The notes: generated from the letters alone by a model not told the origin. Counted from the first letter of the stretch, positions 1 through 9,615 are shown. The stretch is 64,000 bases of DNA from an uncultured Nitrososphaerota archaeon (GCA_963824385.1 CAWGPD010000004.1:384001-448000), one strand, 5' to 3'. Translations and numbers: made by a program.

Positions 1-599
1 TTGATCCGACAGATGAAGATTCTTGGACTTGGGGTACTTCGCCTACTAACAACACCGTATTTTATCAAGCATTTTCTAGAAACGGAGAGCCTGATGCAGA
101 TGGAACTCTTGGAATGCAAGACCTAAGTGGAAACTTGACAGCTTTGATGTTCAATCATAACGGCATACTAACAACTTATCCCAGTCCACAAGGTGTACAG
201 GTTGCAGAATTACAAAGTAATGGAATACAAAAACTGTTCAAAGATAGTAACGGACATTATAGAACGCAATCAATTAGCGGACCGTCAGTTCCAACAACAT
301 TACTAGAGATTCAGCCAAATGCTGGAATCTTTGCAGATTATGATGCAGGCGGAATAGCAGATTTAAAGATTCTAGATCATGCTAAAAGGGACACGTCTTT
401 TACAGTAAAATACAATGACGTATCATATAGTGTAGTAGTAAAGTTTTACAATGCACAGTTAACAATGGGTTGGCCAAGCACTCAGACTACAAATATACAA
501 TATACAAATCAGCCAGAGAAACAATCTAGTTTTATTTCATTTTTGAAAGAATTTGTTTTAAAAAATCTATTTTTTATTGATTATTTGCAGTCCTTGTGA
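1..599 (+). CDS. Conserved thaumarchaeal exported/surface protein, 5' truncated by window edge
   Basis: Frame is open from base 3 (DPTDEDSWTWGTSPTNNTVFYQAF...) into the listed 114..599 ORF; DPTDEDSWT resembles thaumarchaeal surface 'peptidase'-labelled proteins (from memory). Confidence 0.55.
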   Translation, partial: DPTDEDSWTWGTSPTNNTVFYQAFSRNGEPDADGTLGMQDLSGNLTALMFNHNGILTTYPSPQGVQVAELQSNGIQKLFKDSNGHYRTQSISGPSVPTTLLEIQPNAGIFADYDAGGIADLKILDHAKRDTSFTVKYNDVSYSVVVKFYNAQLTMGWPSTQTTNIQYTNQPEKQSSFISFLKEFVLKNLFFIDYLQSL

Positions 600-827
600 A
601 ACCATAGTTCCCCAAATAGGATATCGCCTTGTTCAAATCTCATACAAGTTACGTAAAGATAAATCACAGGTAGAAACCTTAGTGCAATAAAATAATAACA
701 TTTCCATAATTAGGCAATAGTAGCATAGTGTTTTCATTTTTTAGACATCGTCATATCGTATGTGTTTGATCATTTTAGAAAATATAATACATAATATCTA
801 TAGAGGGACGAAAAATTTGAAAGAAAT

Positions 828-986
828 TTGTTTGTCGAGACAGCAAAAAGTAAACGTGGTGTCGAGTCGCCAAAATGTGGTGATTGTGGACATGTGTTAG
901 ATGAACATTATCACTTAAAATCTGAAGGCTATGGGTGTGTTGGAGAAGATATGAGGTGCACCTGTATGACATTTGTGATAAGATAA
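828..986 (+). CDS. 52-aa Cys/His-rich putative Zn-binding microprotein
   Basis: TTG start; MFVETAKSKRGVESPKCGDCGHVLDEHYHLKSEGYGCVGEDMRCTCMTFVIR; below ORF-track cutoff. Confidence 0.6.
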   Translation: MFVETAKSKRGVESPKCGDCGHVLDEHYHLKSEGYGCVGEDMRCTCMTFVIR

Positions 987-1054
987 TATTTTATTCATCT
1001 AGATTGGAACAACAAAAATAATACAAATGTTACAAACCCAACGTATTTGGTACA

Positions 1055-1981
1055 TTATCTGACAATAGGTGATAATTTTTCAACATCTTTTGGCAATAAT
1101 ATCGTAAAAGTTGTAGGATAGTTTCTTACCGAGAGCGTACCATGATGTTGTCTAATGATGTTTTTGCAACTTGGCAGACCTAGTCCAGTCCCATGTTCTT
1201 TGGTGGTAAATAATGGCTCAAAGATTCTATGAATAGCATCTTCAGGTATTGGCAAGCCAGAATTTTGAACATCTATTTGTATCTCATCGTCTTTCTTGAG
1301 AAATCTTATCAAAATTTCTCCAGAGGTCTTTTCTCCAATTGATTGTATTGCGTTTGTTATCAAGTTGTAGAAAACAACTTCCAATTTTGAACCATCACAT
1401 TTTAGTGAAATATCATTTTCTGGCACAATCATTTTAATATTTTCTGGAATTTTTATTCCCTCTAATGAATTGGAAATTATATCCAATAATGAATTTTTTT
1501 TCAACATCAACGGTTGGGTTTTAGCAAAATTCAAGACATCGCTTGTTAGCATATTCATTTTAGTGACAGCACGGCTTATTTTTGCAAAATGCTCAAAAAC
1601 TTCTTCATTAAACTTGTCTTTGTATCTGATTGTCATTATGTCTACTGCATTTTTGATTATAGACATTGGATTTCTCAAGTCATGTGCTAGATCAGATGCC
1701 AATTCACCCACAATTGCAAGTTTTTCTTCCTTGATGACTTGTTCAGTTTTAATTTGTTGTACGCCAGTAACAAATTCACATTTTAATCCAAGTGATTCAT
1801 GATGTTTCCAAATAGCTTCTTCGTTTGGAGCATCCAATACACAGTATAATCGATCTTCCTTTTTATTATAAAATATCTCTAAATGTTTAACTCTGAAACC
1901 ATCAACTGGTGAATTTACTGCTTTTTCTAGATCTTCTGGATTAAGACCTGCCATATTGTGTCCGTCGATGAAAATAGGCAT
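1055..1981 (-). CDS. Soluble sensor histidine kinase with N-terminal DUF4242 (SCO4226-like metal-binding) domain
   Basis: H-box LAHDLRNP, N-box NLITNAIQ, F/G2 boxes FEPLFTTK-GTGLGL; N-terminus MPIFIDGH...YCVLDAPNEEAIWKHH; no TM helix. Confidence 0.85.
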   Translation of the reverse strand: MPIFIDGHNMAGLNPEDLEKAVNSPVDGFRVKHLEIFYNKKEDRLYCVLDAPNEEAIWKHHESLGLKCEFVTGVQQIKTEQVIKEEKLAIVGELASDLAHDLRNPMSIIKNAVDIMTIRYKDKFNEEVFEHFAKISRAVTKMNMLTSDVLNFAKTQPLMLKKNSLLDIISNSLEGIKIPENIKMIVPENDISLKCDGSKLEVVFYNLITNAIQSIGEKTSGEILIRFLKKDDEIQIDVQNSGLPIPEDAIHRIFEPLFTTKEHGTGLGLPSCKNIIRQHHGTLSVRNYPTTFTILLPKDVEKLSPIVR

Positions 1982-2187
1982 GTTGATATTTTAATATGTA
2001 TTTTTCAAATAAAAGTGTTTTACTTGAAATTTGTTAGAATAAGCACTCAGGAGGCATGTAAAATTTATGTTAATTTTATTTTGAGTTTTAACCAGATTCA
2101 GCGAAGGTTTGAATTCTTGGACCCATCTACTCACATGGGCTTATTTTCAGGCCCACTTTGTAAGTAAAATCTCCATTCTGGCAAAAG

Positions 2188-3183
2188 TTAAGATTTATCG
2201 AGAAAATCTTTTGTTTCAAAAAACCCAGAGAGTTCTTTGGATATTTGCTCTGAGAATATTTCTAATACCTCAAAATCTGTAGGCGAGAACACCTTTTCAC
2301 TAAACATTCCTAATACTGCTACTGCTTCACCCTTGTAGATTAATGGATATCCTGCAAATGACTTGAGTTTGTCCTTTTTTGCCCATTCAGGATACTTTAT
2401 TCTAGGATCGTGAACTATGTCATTTGAGACTACAGGTTTTCGTGTTTTAGCAATAGAGCCTATTTTTAATGAGTTATACGGAATTTTTGAAAATTCACCG
2501 TGTATATTTTTGTATTTTCCTGCGCTATATTTTAGGACAAGTGATTTTGATTTTTTGTCAACAAACCAAACTCTGGCAAATTTGGCATCAAAATGCTTTA
2601 CAAGACTTTCAACTATGGCTTGTAATCTGTCATTTAGATTGTCGTGTTTTCGTATTGTGTTCAATATGGTATAGACTTCAAGTTTTCTTTCATGCAAAAC
2701 ATGCTCATCAAATAGAACATAGGGAGATGATTTTTTTACCTTTGATTCATAGGAGCGAAAATCAGCAATCAGATCCGCAAATCTGTTTAGTAAATTGTTT
2801 GTTTCAAGATCATATTGTTCAACTGATGAGAAAACAAAGTGACAAACCCAGTCAAAATCTCCTGATAGTCTTGTAGAATAGATACAGAAAGGTGATTCAT
2901 TTAGATAATCTGTTAGCCTTCGAATTGCTTCGTTAGTATTTTTTGAAAACTTGAATTTAACAAGTATAGTTCTATTAATTTTTTCCGAAACAATTTCAGG
3001 ATTTAAAATTGTGGAATATCCTATGATTGTTTTATTTTTCTCAAGCCTTGCCAATCGTTGTCTTACGGCTCTATCAGTGATTGTAAAACCCATGTCTTGA
3101 AGTTTTTTAGATATTTCATGAGAAGATATTCGGGCATTTTTTCCCAATTGGAAAAGAATTACCTTGTCAATCTCGTCTAGCAT
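2188..3183 (-). CDS. Lrp/AsnC-family regulator with C-terminal GAF domain
   Basis: N-terminal wHTH (LDEIDKVIL...RQRLARLE); AsnC ligand domain; GAF motifs PVVSNDIVHDPR, SFAGYPL, VLGMFS. Confidence 0.85.
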   Translation of the reverse strand: MLDEIDKVILFQLGKNARISSHEISKKLQDMGFTITDRAVRQRLARLEKNKTIIGYSTILNPEIVSEKINRTILVKFKFSKNTNEAIRRLTDYLNESPFCIYSTRLSGDFDWVCHFVFSSVEQYDLETNNLLNRFADLIADFRSYESKVKKSSPYVLFDEHVLHERKLEVYTILNTIRKHDNLNDRLQAIVESLVKHFDAKFARVWFVDKKSKSLVLKYSAGKYKNIHGEFSKIPYNSLKIGSIAKTRKPVVSNDIVHDPRIKYPEWAKKDKLKSFAGYPLIYKGEAVAVLGMFSEKVFSPTDFEVLEIFSEQISKELSGFFETKDFLDKS

Positions 3184-3215
3184 GAATGATACTGGTAGAT
3201 GTGATTAATATTGGT

Positions 3216-3281
3216 TTTCCGAATCGGAAATTTCGAGCACATATTACATATAATATTAGTCATTTTACTTCCGAATCGGAA
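3216..3281. promoter_or_regulatory. Two copies of palindrome TTCCGA-A-TCGGAA (putative operators)
   Basis: Copies at 3217-3229 and 3269-3281, plus half-site ACTTCCG at about 3299-3305, in a divergent intergenic region. Confidence 0.65.
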
Positions 3282-3337
3282 ATTTTTCTTTTGTAATTAC
3301 TTCCGTATACAATATCAAGGAACGAGTCTAATGAAAT

Positions 3338-3619
3338 ATGATAATCATGAATTGGAAATCTGTCAATAAATTTGCAATACTGGTCATACTAATGGTCGCA
3401 GTTCCTGAAATTGCAGGTCATACTTTATTTGAGAAATCTCATCCACCTGATTCCTCAGTCTTGGCTGCAGTATCATTTGCAAATAATCTACGAGATAATA
3501 CTGAAAAAACAGGAATATGTCATTTGGCAATACAAGATGATCAATCAGGTTCACATGTGGATAGAGTTGCAGGCTTGGAATCAAAATATGGAAACTTTAC
3601 CTGCAATCAAGGAACTTGA
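3338..3619 (+). CDS. Small exported hypothetical protein
   Basis: Basic N-terminus, hydrophobic signal-like segment, two Cys. Confidence 0.5.
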   Translation: MIIMNWKSVNKFAILVILMVAVPEIAGHTLFEKSHPPDSSVLAAVSFANNLRDNTEKTGICHLAIQDDQSGSHVDRVAGLESKYGNFTCNQGT

Positions 3620-3722
3620 TTCCAGATACCAACATGGAAATAATTTTAGTTCTACTTGCATCTGCATCAGGGAGATTCGTGTACCATCGTGGTCTTAATT
3701 TCAGGCCCATTTTGTACGTAAA

Positions 3723-5357
3723 TCAATTAGAGTCTTCAGTTTTCATTTTATGATTTTGCTTGGACATATCTTCGCTAATAAGATGAGATGTACGTGGAGG
3801 ATCCTTTCCAATATGAAATGAAATAGCATGTTGTTCTATGGCAAGGTCTGCTTTTGTCATGCGTTCATGGTGACGCAGATGGTCAGTCCAAGATTCCGAG
3901 GCAAACATCATGACATATCGACTTGGATTTTCAACATCGTGGAATAATTCCCAGCTGATTGCACCATCACGTAATAGGACAGAACGCATGTCATTCATTG
4001 CAGATTCAAACTCGCATGAACGTGTTGGATCAATTTGGAATTCCATCTCTACTAGTACAGATCCATCTGCATGATCATCAATGTCAATCATAGTACGGGG
4101 CATATGCCAATGCATTGACGGAGTAAGATCCACATCTGCAAGTGGTTTTAGTTTGTAACGAGTAGATGTAACAAGACCAACCACCAATCCAATTGCGGCA
4201 GCTATTAATGCAGTTGGAATTCCCCAAATTTCTGCAACAATCCCCCATAATATGCTGCCAAAAGCCACTCCTCCCCAATACATCATCTGATGAACTGAGA
4301 CTACACGTGTTCTTACCCATGAAGATACAGAATTGTATGCAACAAAATTCAAGCTCGATGATATTATAATCAAAGCTATTCCAATTGTAAATATTCCAAC
4401 AAACAAGATGGTAATGCCATGGTGTAATGATATGACAACCATTGCAACAGCATACAAAATTATCGCACCTGCTACACGCTTTTCTATTGAAATGTTCTTT
4501 ATCCGAGGTACTATAACAAAACCACTGAACAGACCACCTAGCCCAAATGCTCCAACCAAAATCCCAAAAAGAATTGAATTAGAACCTGCCTCGTTACGAG
4601 CCAACAGAGGCAAAAGTGATATCACTGCACTGCCACAAATTGTAATTGCAAAGTCTCGTACCAGCAGTGCACGTACATGTAATGAATGACGCATGTATCG
4701 CAATCCTGTGCTGATAGCCCCGATTACTTGCTCAGGTGGAAGAAGTTTGCGTTCTGACGGTTTATTCCACCTATGAAGAAAGATTATGATTCCTATGAAG
4801 GAGAGTGCGTTTAGCAGAAACACCATCCCAGGTCCTGCTACAGCAACTACAAGACCACCAAGAAGAGGACCTATTGCAAATCCAATGTAGATTGCCACAC
4901 TAAATAGTGTCATTGCAGCAAGAGCCATTTTTTTTGGTACAATCTCAGTTTGAATTACAACATTTACGGGTAAACTCATTGCGTTACCCAAGCCTAACAA
5001 TAAAGTAAACACGACAAGAATCGAAGATGTCGTAACGCCAGTAAAGGTAAGTAAGCTTAGGATTATAGCTACTGCAAGTGAAAAGTATTGTGTGACAAGG
5101 AAGAGCTTGCGTCTGTCAACAATATCTGCAAGGGCTCCGGCTGGAAATGCAAGTAGAAATATCGACAAGCTTGTCATCACTTGTAAAAGTGATACAACAA
5201 AGGGAGAAGGTGCAAGTGATGTCATCAGCCAACCAGAACCTGCAGTTTGCATGGATGCGCCTATGTCTGATGCAAACATTGTAATCCATAGAAATCTGTA
5301 CATTGTATTTTTCAATGGACTCTCTGATGCGGAATTTGTACTACTCATATAGCACAA
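3723..5357 (-). CDS. MFS transporter (MFS_3/DUF894 type) with C-terminal soluble domain
   Basis: About 12 TM segments, motif A GALADIVDRRKL, C-terminal ESWTDHLRHHERMT typical of this bacterial family. Confidence 0.85.
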   Translation of the reverse strand: MCYMSSTNSASESPLKNTMYRFLWITMFASDIGASMQTAGSGWLMTSLAPSPFVVSLLQVMTSLSIFLLAFPAGALADIVDRRKLFLVTQYFSLAVAIILSLLTFTGVTTSSILVVFTLLLGLGNAMSLPVNVVIQTEIVPKKMALAAMTLFSVAIYIGFAIGPLLGGLVVAVAGPGMVFLLNALSFIGIIIFLHRWNKPSERKLLPPEQVIGAISTGLRYMRHSLHVRALLVRDFAITICGSAVISLLPLLARNEAGSNSILFGILVGAFGLGGLFSGFVIVPRIKNISIEKRVAGAIILYAVAMVVISLHHGITILFVGIFTIGIALIIISSSLNFVAYNSVSSWVRTRVVSVHQMMYWGGVAFGSILWGIVAEIWGIPTALIAAAIGLVVGLVTSTRYKLKPLADVDLTPSMHWHMPRTMIDIDDHADGSVLVEMEFQIDPTRSCEFESAMNDMRSVLLRDGAISWELFHDVENPSRYVMMFASESWTDHLRHHERMTKADLAIEQHAISFHIGKDPPRTSHLISEDMSKQNHKMKTEDSN

Positions 5358-5478
5358 ATAATATTCATTGATTAAATCTATAAAGTAACCCCTTTCACTT
5401 TTTTATTTCCAAGTTCAAACTTGGTAGAAATTATGATTTGCTGGAAATAATTTCAAAAATAAACATTCAACAAGCTAG

Positions 5479-6312
5479 TCAGCTATTGAGAAAATCTAGT
5501 AGTGCCGAGTTTACTTCGTCTGCATGTGTCCACGATATACAATGTGGCCCATCCTTTACTATTACCAGTCTTGCATCTTTGACTATCTTTGCTGTTTTTG
5601 CTCCTGATGCTGATAGGGGGACAATACGATCCGCATCACCGTGAATGACAAGAGTTGGTACGTCAATTCGTAGTAGATCTTTCCTAAAATCTTCATGCCA
5701 AGTAGGTACGCAAGCATAGCTTGCCGTTGCGGATGCGCTAGCAGCCACATTCCAACATGCTTGGACTGCCTGTTCGCTTACTTTCTTGCCCATTAGCAAA
5801 TCAGTATTGAAGAAATTCTTGAAGAACTCTGTAAAGAATGTGTAACGATCAGATGCTACTGCCTTTTGAATCCCATCAAAGACAGCTTGGTCCACTCCTT
5901 CAGGATTGTCTTGCGTTTTAAGCAAAAAAGGCGGAACAGAAGCTATGAAGACTACATTTTTCACACCTTTGGATCCGTACTTTCCAAAGTATCGTGCAAT
6001 TTCGCCACCTCCCATCGAAAAACCAACCAAAGAAAAATCATGTAGCCCCAGATGTTTCACAATCTTATGAAGGTCTTCGGTAAAAGTATCATAGTTATAG
6101 CCTATAGTCGGCTTGCTTGAGTTACCAAAGCCTCTTCTATCATATGTGATGACTCGGAACCCAGCATCAAGTAAGATTGGAATTTGTTTTTCCCACGAAG
6201 CTCCATTAAGCGGGTACCCATGGATTAGTACAACTGGCTTGCCAGATCCGTGATCTTCATAATAGAGATCAATTGAATCAGAGTTTTCCTTACCGACACT
6301 TACAAACGGCAT
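5479..6312 (-). CDS. Alpha/beta hydrolase, non-heme haloperoxidase/arylesterase family
   Basis: HGYP, YDRRGFG, nucleophile elbow GFSMGGG, HGDADRIVP, catalytic His in GPH. Confidence 0.9.
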   Translation of the reverse strand: MPFVSVGKENSDSIDLYYEDHGSGKPVVLIHGYPLNGASWEKQIPILLDAGFRVITYDRRGFGNSSKPTIGYNYDTFTEDLHKIVKHLGLHDFSLVGFSMGGGEIARYFGKYGSKGVKNVVFIASVPPFLLKTQDNPEGVDQAVFDGIQKAVASDRYTFFTEFFKNFFNTDLLMGKKVSEQAVQACWNVAASASATASYACVPTWHEDFRKDLLRIDVPTLVIHGDADRIVPLSASGAKTAKIVKDARLVIVKDGPHCISWTHADEVNSALLDFLNS

Positions 6313-6412
6313 TATCTATCTCATGCCTCAATTTCTGGTAAGACTATCTGACTAATAAATAGACGGTGAGAAGATGGTAATTTTTAATTATTTTTTTAGA
6401 TTAATCTATTTT

Positions 6413-7118
6413 CTACTTTATAATCCCATCATGAAATTTGATACTTGCGTGACTGCCGTCACAAAACGGTTTATTGCTTGATGCTCCACAACGACACAGT
6501 GTTACACGGTTACGTTTTTCATAATGTGTTCCATCATGTGATTCAATTATAATTTCTCCACGTACCCAAAGCGGACCACTACATTTCAACGGCGGATCTT
6601 CAACTATTCCAATAGACGGGGGTAACTTGTCTTCGATTTCCTTGCCAGTTTTTTTGTCATGTATAGTTAGCCTACCGGATGGACAGTGCATAGCTTCTCG
6701 TATGACCAAGTCATGGATTTTTGGATCATCTGTTTTTTCAATCAAACTCCAGATTTTACCTTGAGGATCACAAAAGCGGGCAAACGCACAAAGGTTTTCC
6801 TGGTCATGTAGTTGCAAGGTAGGACCATCCATAGTTTGAGCCTGTGTGGCATAAGGTTCTTTGGATGTAGTTTCTTTTCCATCAAAATTTATTTTTGTAT
6901 GAGTACCATCGCAGAAAGGTTTGTTCTTTGAATTGCCACAACGACACAGATAATATTCAGATTTTGTTTCAAATGTTTTACCCTGTTTCCAATCCCATGA
7001 AAATCCATCTTTGTTATTTGTAATTATTTCAACTGTAAGAGGAATGTCTCCAGAAACAATGTATGGCCCATTCTTGTCTATAATGATTTTCTTTACTTTA
7101 GAGTGTTCATTAGGACAT
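6413..7118 (-). CDS. CDGSH iron-sulfur protein (two CDGSH domains around a divergent 4Fe-4S domain)
   Basis: Frame is open well upstream of 6832: ...LCRCGNSKNKPFCDGTH... then C-x5-C...CPSG, then LCRCGASSNKPFCDGSH; ATG at 7118 is out of frame by one base (probable indel). Confidence 0.85.
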
Positions 7119-7227
7119 AAAATGTCATATGTTAATTATAAGGATTTTACAGTTTTGTTAAATACCTTAGAACTGTTTGTTTTGCACATACAAGTCACTA
7201 TATGAAATATCATTCTCAGTATTATTC

Positions 7228-7725
7228 ATGGACGAAGAGAGATATCTACGAATACTAGTTGCTGAAGACAACAGGGAATTGACAGATGCATACAAAATGG
7301 CATTGGAGGAAAGAGGTCATGCAGTTACGATTACAAGAGATGGAATAGAATGTATGCAGACATACAAAGAGTTTGAAAAACGTGAGAATGCGGAAAAAAA
7401 ATCAGGCACATCATATTTTGATGCTGTTATACTGGATCATTTTATGCCCGGAATGGACGGAATAGACACAGCAATAGAGATACAGCGTATCAATCCAAAA
7501 CAAAGAATAATTTTCATAACAGGAGGAGGTAAACAAGTTTTAAGAAAATTGAGGGAAGTTGAAGAAAATGTAGAGTTTATGACCAAACCGCTTACATTAC
7601 AAGCCTTAATTAGACAAATCGAGAGTTGGCCAGTACACTTGTGGCGTCAAAGGGTCAAAGAAGGATTCAAGGAATGGGACGGGTATGTAGGAACATCAGT
7701 TCCAGTAGGACCAAGTAGAGCTTAA
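7228..7725 (+). CDS. Stand-alone response regulator receiver protein
   Basis: ILVAEDN, phospho-Asp in LDHFMPGMDG, IIFITG, KP; ATG 7228 preferred over TTG 7177. Confidence 0.85.
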   Translation: MDEERYLRILVAEDNRELTDAYKMALEERGHAVTITRDGIECMQTYKEFEKRENAEKKSGTSYFDAVILDHFMPGMDGIDTAIEIQRINPKQRIIFITGGGKQVLRKLREVEENVEFMTKPLTLQALIRQIESWPVHLWRQRVKEGFKEWDGYVGTSVPVGPSRA

Positions 7726-7841
7726 TAGAAATATTGCATGAAAAAGAAATAAACGATTTTAATAGAATGGCAAACATATTGGTAGATAATCAATTTTTTT
7801 CTAATGTAAAAATTTGTCGGGTAGATTTTACGTGATATACA

Positions 7842-8051
7842 TTACGTGTTCTTATTAAGAACATATAGGATGTTAATCAGCATGACTATACCAAAGGTAA
7901 CAAAGAGTAATGGAAGTTTTGTCTTAAAATTATCTGCTGTGAATTGATACTTTCGTATAATAAAGTAAGAAATTATTGAATAGATGGCAGTAATAGCAAT
8001 ACATCTTGTAACAAGTTCCTTAGCTAGTTCAGATGATAATATATCCACCAT
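7842..8051 (-). CDS. Small two-TM membrane protein
   Basis: 69 aa with two hydrophobic stretches. Confidence 0.5.
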   Translation of the reverse strand: MVDILSSELAKELVTRCIAITAIYSIISYFIIRKYQFTADNFKTKLPLLFVTFGIVMLINILYVLNKNT

Positions 8052-8061
8052 AAAGAGATGG

Positions 8062-8235
8062 CTATAATTTTGAAACGTCTCTTTCTATATTTTTGCCTTC
8101 GTTATCGATATAATAGTAGGTATCATGACCATCATTTTCAAAATGTAATGTGAAACTCTCATCTAAATCGTCTAATGTATCGCCTCTGACTTGAAATCCG
8201 CATTCGGTACAAATTCCCCTCATGTCTCTAGTCAT
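8062..8235 (-). CDS. 57-aa CxxC...H-x5-H metal-binding microprotein
   Basis: MTRDMRGICTECGFQVRGDTLDDLDESFTLHFENDGHDTYYYIDNEGKNIERDVSKL; fills the gap between co-oriented genes. Confidence 0.6.
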   Translation of the reverse strand: MTRDMRGICTECGFQVRGDTLDDLDESFTLHFENDGHDTYYYIDNEGKNIERDVSKL

Positions 8236-8272
8236 ATTGTAAATTTTGTTATTTCTTACTAATAAACAAGAT

Positions 8273-8737
8273 CTAGATTTTGTTATTAATCTGATATGGC
8301 AATTTTAATTCAAGTGGTTTAGCACCATCGGAGGCATTGTTTTTGAACTCTTGGTTTGTTGACAACCATGCTGCAATATCAGTTGTTGTTATCATTCCAG
8401 ATAGCTTGCCATCTATATCAACAACTACAAGTCGCTTTATTCCATAGATTGACATGACAAGTGCTGCCTGCTCTATTGTCTCTTCTTGCAGGATTGTTAT
8501 AATTGGACGAGACATTATTTCTTCAACAGATATTTTAGATGGGTTTACGTCTTGCGATACAACCTTTCCTACTATATCTCTCTCAGTTACAATGCCTACT
8601 GGGTTTCCTTTTTGTGTAGCAACAAGAGAACTTATCCTACCCTTTAACATCAATAGTGCTGCTTCTCGTACATCGGAATCTACTGGGATGGTAGTAACAT
8701 ATACTGTCATTATATCCTTGACAGTTGATTCAGACAT
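8273..8737 (-). CDS. CBS-domain pair protein
   Basis: VKDIMT, GIVTERDIV, VEEIMSRP, GMITTTDI. Confidence 0.9.
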   Translation of the reverse strand: MSESTVKDIMTVYVTTIPVDSDVREAALLMLKGRISSLVATQKGNPVGIVTERDIVGKVVSQDVNPSKISVEEIMSRPIITILQEETIEQAALVMSIYGIKRLVVVDIDGKLSGMITTTDIAAWLSTNQEFKNNASDGAKPLELKLPYQINNKI

Positions 8738-8885
8738 GTTGTCATGGTGTTAGTTTTAATTTTTAATAAACAATGGCTACTCAAGATGACTGGATGATAA
8801 ATTAATTTAACCAAATTTTATGAGATAGATATTATTTTTCCATACGAGGGAATTATAGTTTCATCGACCTATGGCCTGGACTAGT

Positions 8886-9044
8886 TTAAAATTCATATAG
8901 TTTTACGATGCAGCCATATTTCTCAGATAGGCGATCATTACAAATTACCAAGCCAAATTTCCACGATTCTACAAGTTCTTTTACAACTTGGTTCACATCA
9001 TCATACTCATCTTCTACTAAATTCTCTTGCATTATTTGGTTCAT
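8886..9044 (-). CDS. Possible 52-aa hypothetical protein
   Basis: MNQIMQENLVEDEYDDVNQVVKELVESWKFGLVICNDRLSEKYGCIVKLYEF; protein-like composition only. Confidence 0.35.
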   Translation of the reverse strand: MNQIMQENLVEDEYDDVNQVVKELVESWKFGLVICNDRLSEKYGCIVKLYEF

Positions 9045-9152
9045 GATACACTATATGCATTTCAGATAATTATGCCATGTTCAACTTTGTTAGTTAACAA
9101 GGTTACTTGAGACTTGAATATCATTTTCTAAAAATCATTCCCAGAATGTTAT

Positions 9153-9260
9153 TTATTTTGAAAATTTATCCATCATCCCCTTTTTGTGGGCATGTATGCG
9201 ATGAACTTGCAATCCTTCATTAGAGTAGAATGTAGTATTACATTGCGTACAGGTAGGCAT
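9153..9260 (-). CDS. 35-aa stand-alone C2H2 zinc finger
   Basis: MPTCTQCNTTFYSNEGLQVHRIHAHKKGMMDKFSK matches C-x2-C-x3-F-x5-L-x2-H-x4-H. Confidence 0.7.
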   Translation of the reverse strand: MPTCTQCNTTFYSNEGLQVHRIHAHKKGMMDKFSK

Positions 9261-9540
9261 TGTATTTTGGTTGTGATGATTTTTGATTTTAATTGTATGA
9301 TTGAAGATGTATTGACTAGAGATTAATGTAAGTCGAAATCTTTTTTAATTTGTATTTGGAATGCATATAGTTGGCAAACCAACTCAGGTTTGGACGAGGA
9401 TATAGCCAATTCACCTCCAAGAACTTGATATTATTTTGTAAAAATTTAGGAAAGTAGTTTTAGCCAGTAACTTTCCTTTTGTGGAATATTTCTTTAAAAC
9501 TTTCAACATGTCAGATAACAGAGTGTCTAAAAATCAAAAG

Positions 9541-9615
9541 CGGGCCCGGGGGGATTCGAACCCACGACCTGACGCTCCGCAAGCGTCCGCACTATCCAAG
9601 CTATGCTACGGGTCC
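9541..9615 (-). tRNA. tRNA-Arg(GCG)
   Basis: Cloverleaf GGACCCG...CGGGCCC; anticodon arm GACGC-TTGCGGA-GCGTC; T-loop GTTCGAATC; TATA-like element about 25-30 bp upstream. Confidence 0.95.

Noticed and set aside
775..972. His-rich 65-aa minus-strand ORF
   Set aside because: Opposite strand encodes a more convincing Cys/His motif protein (828..986).
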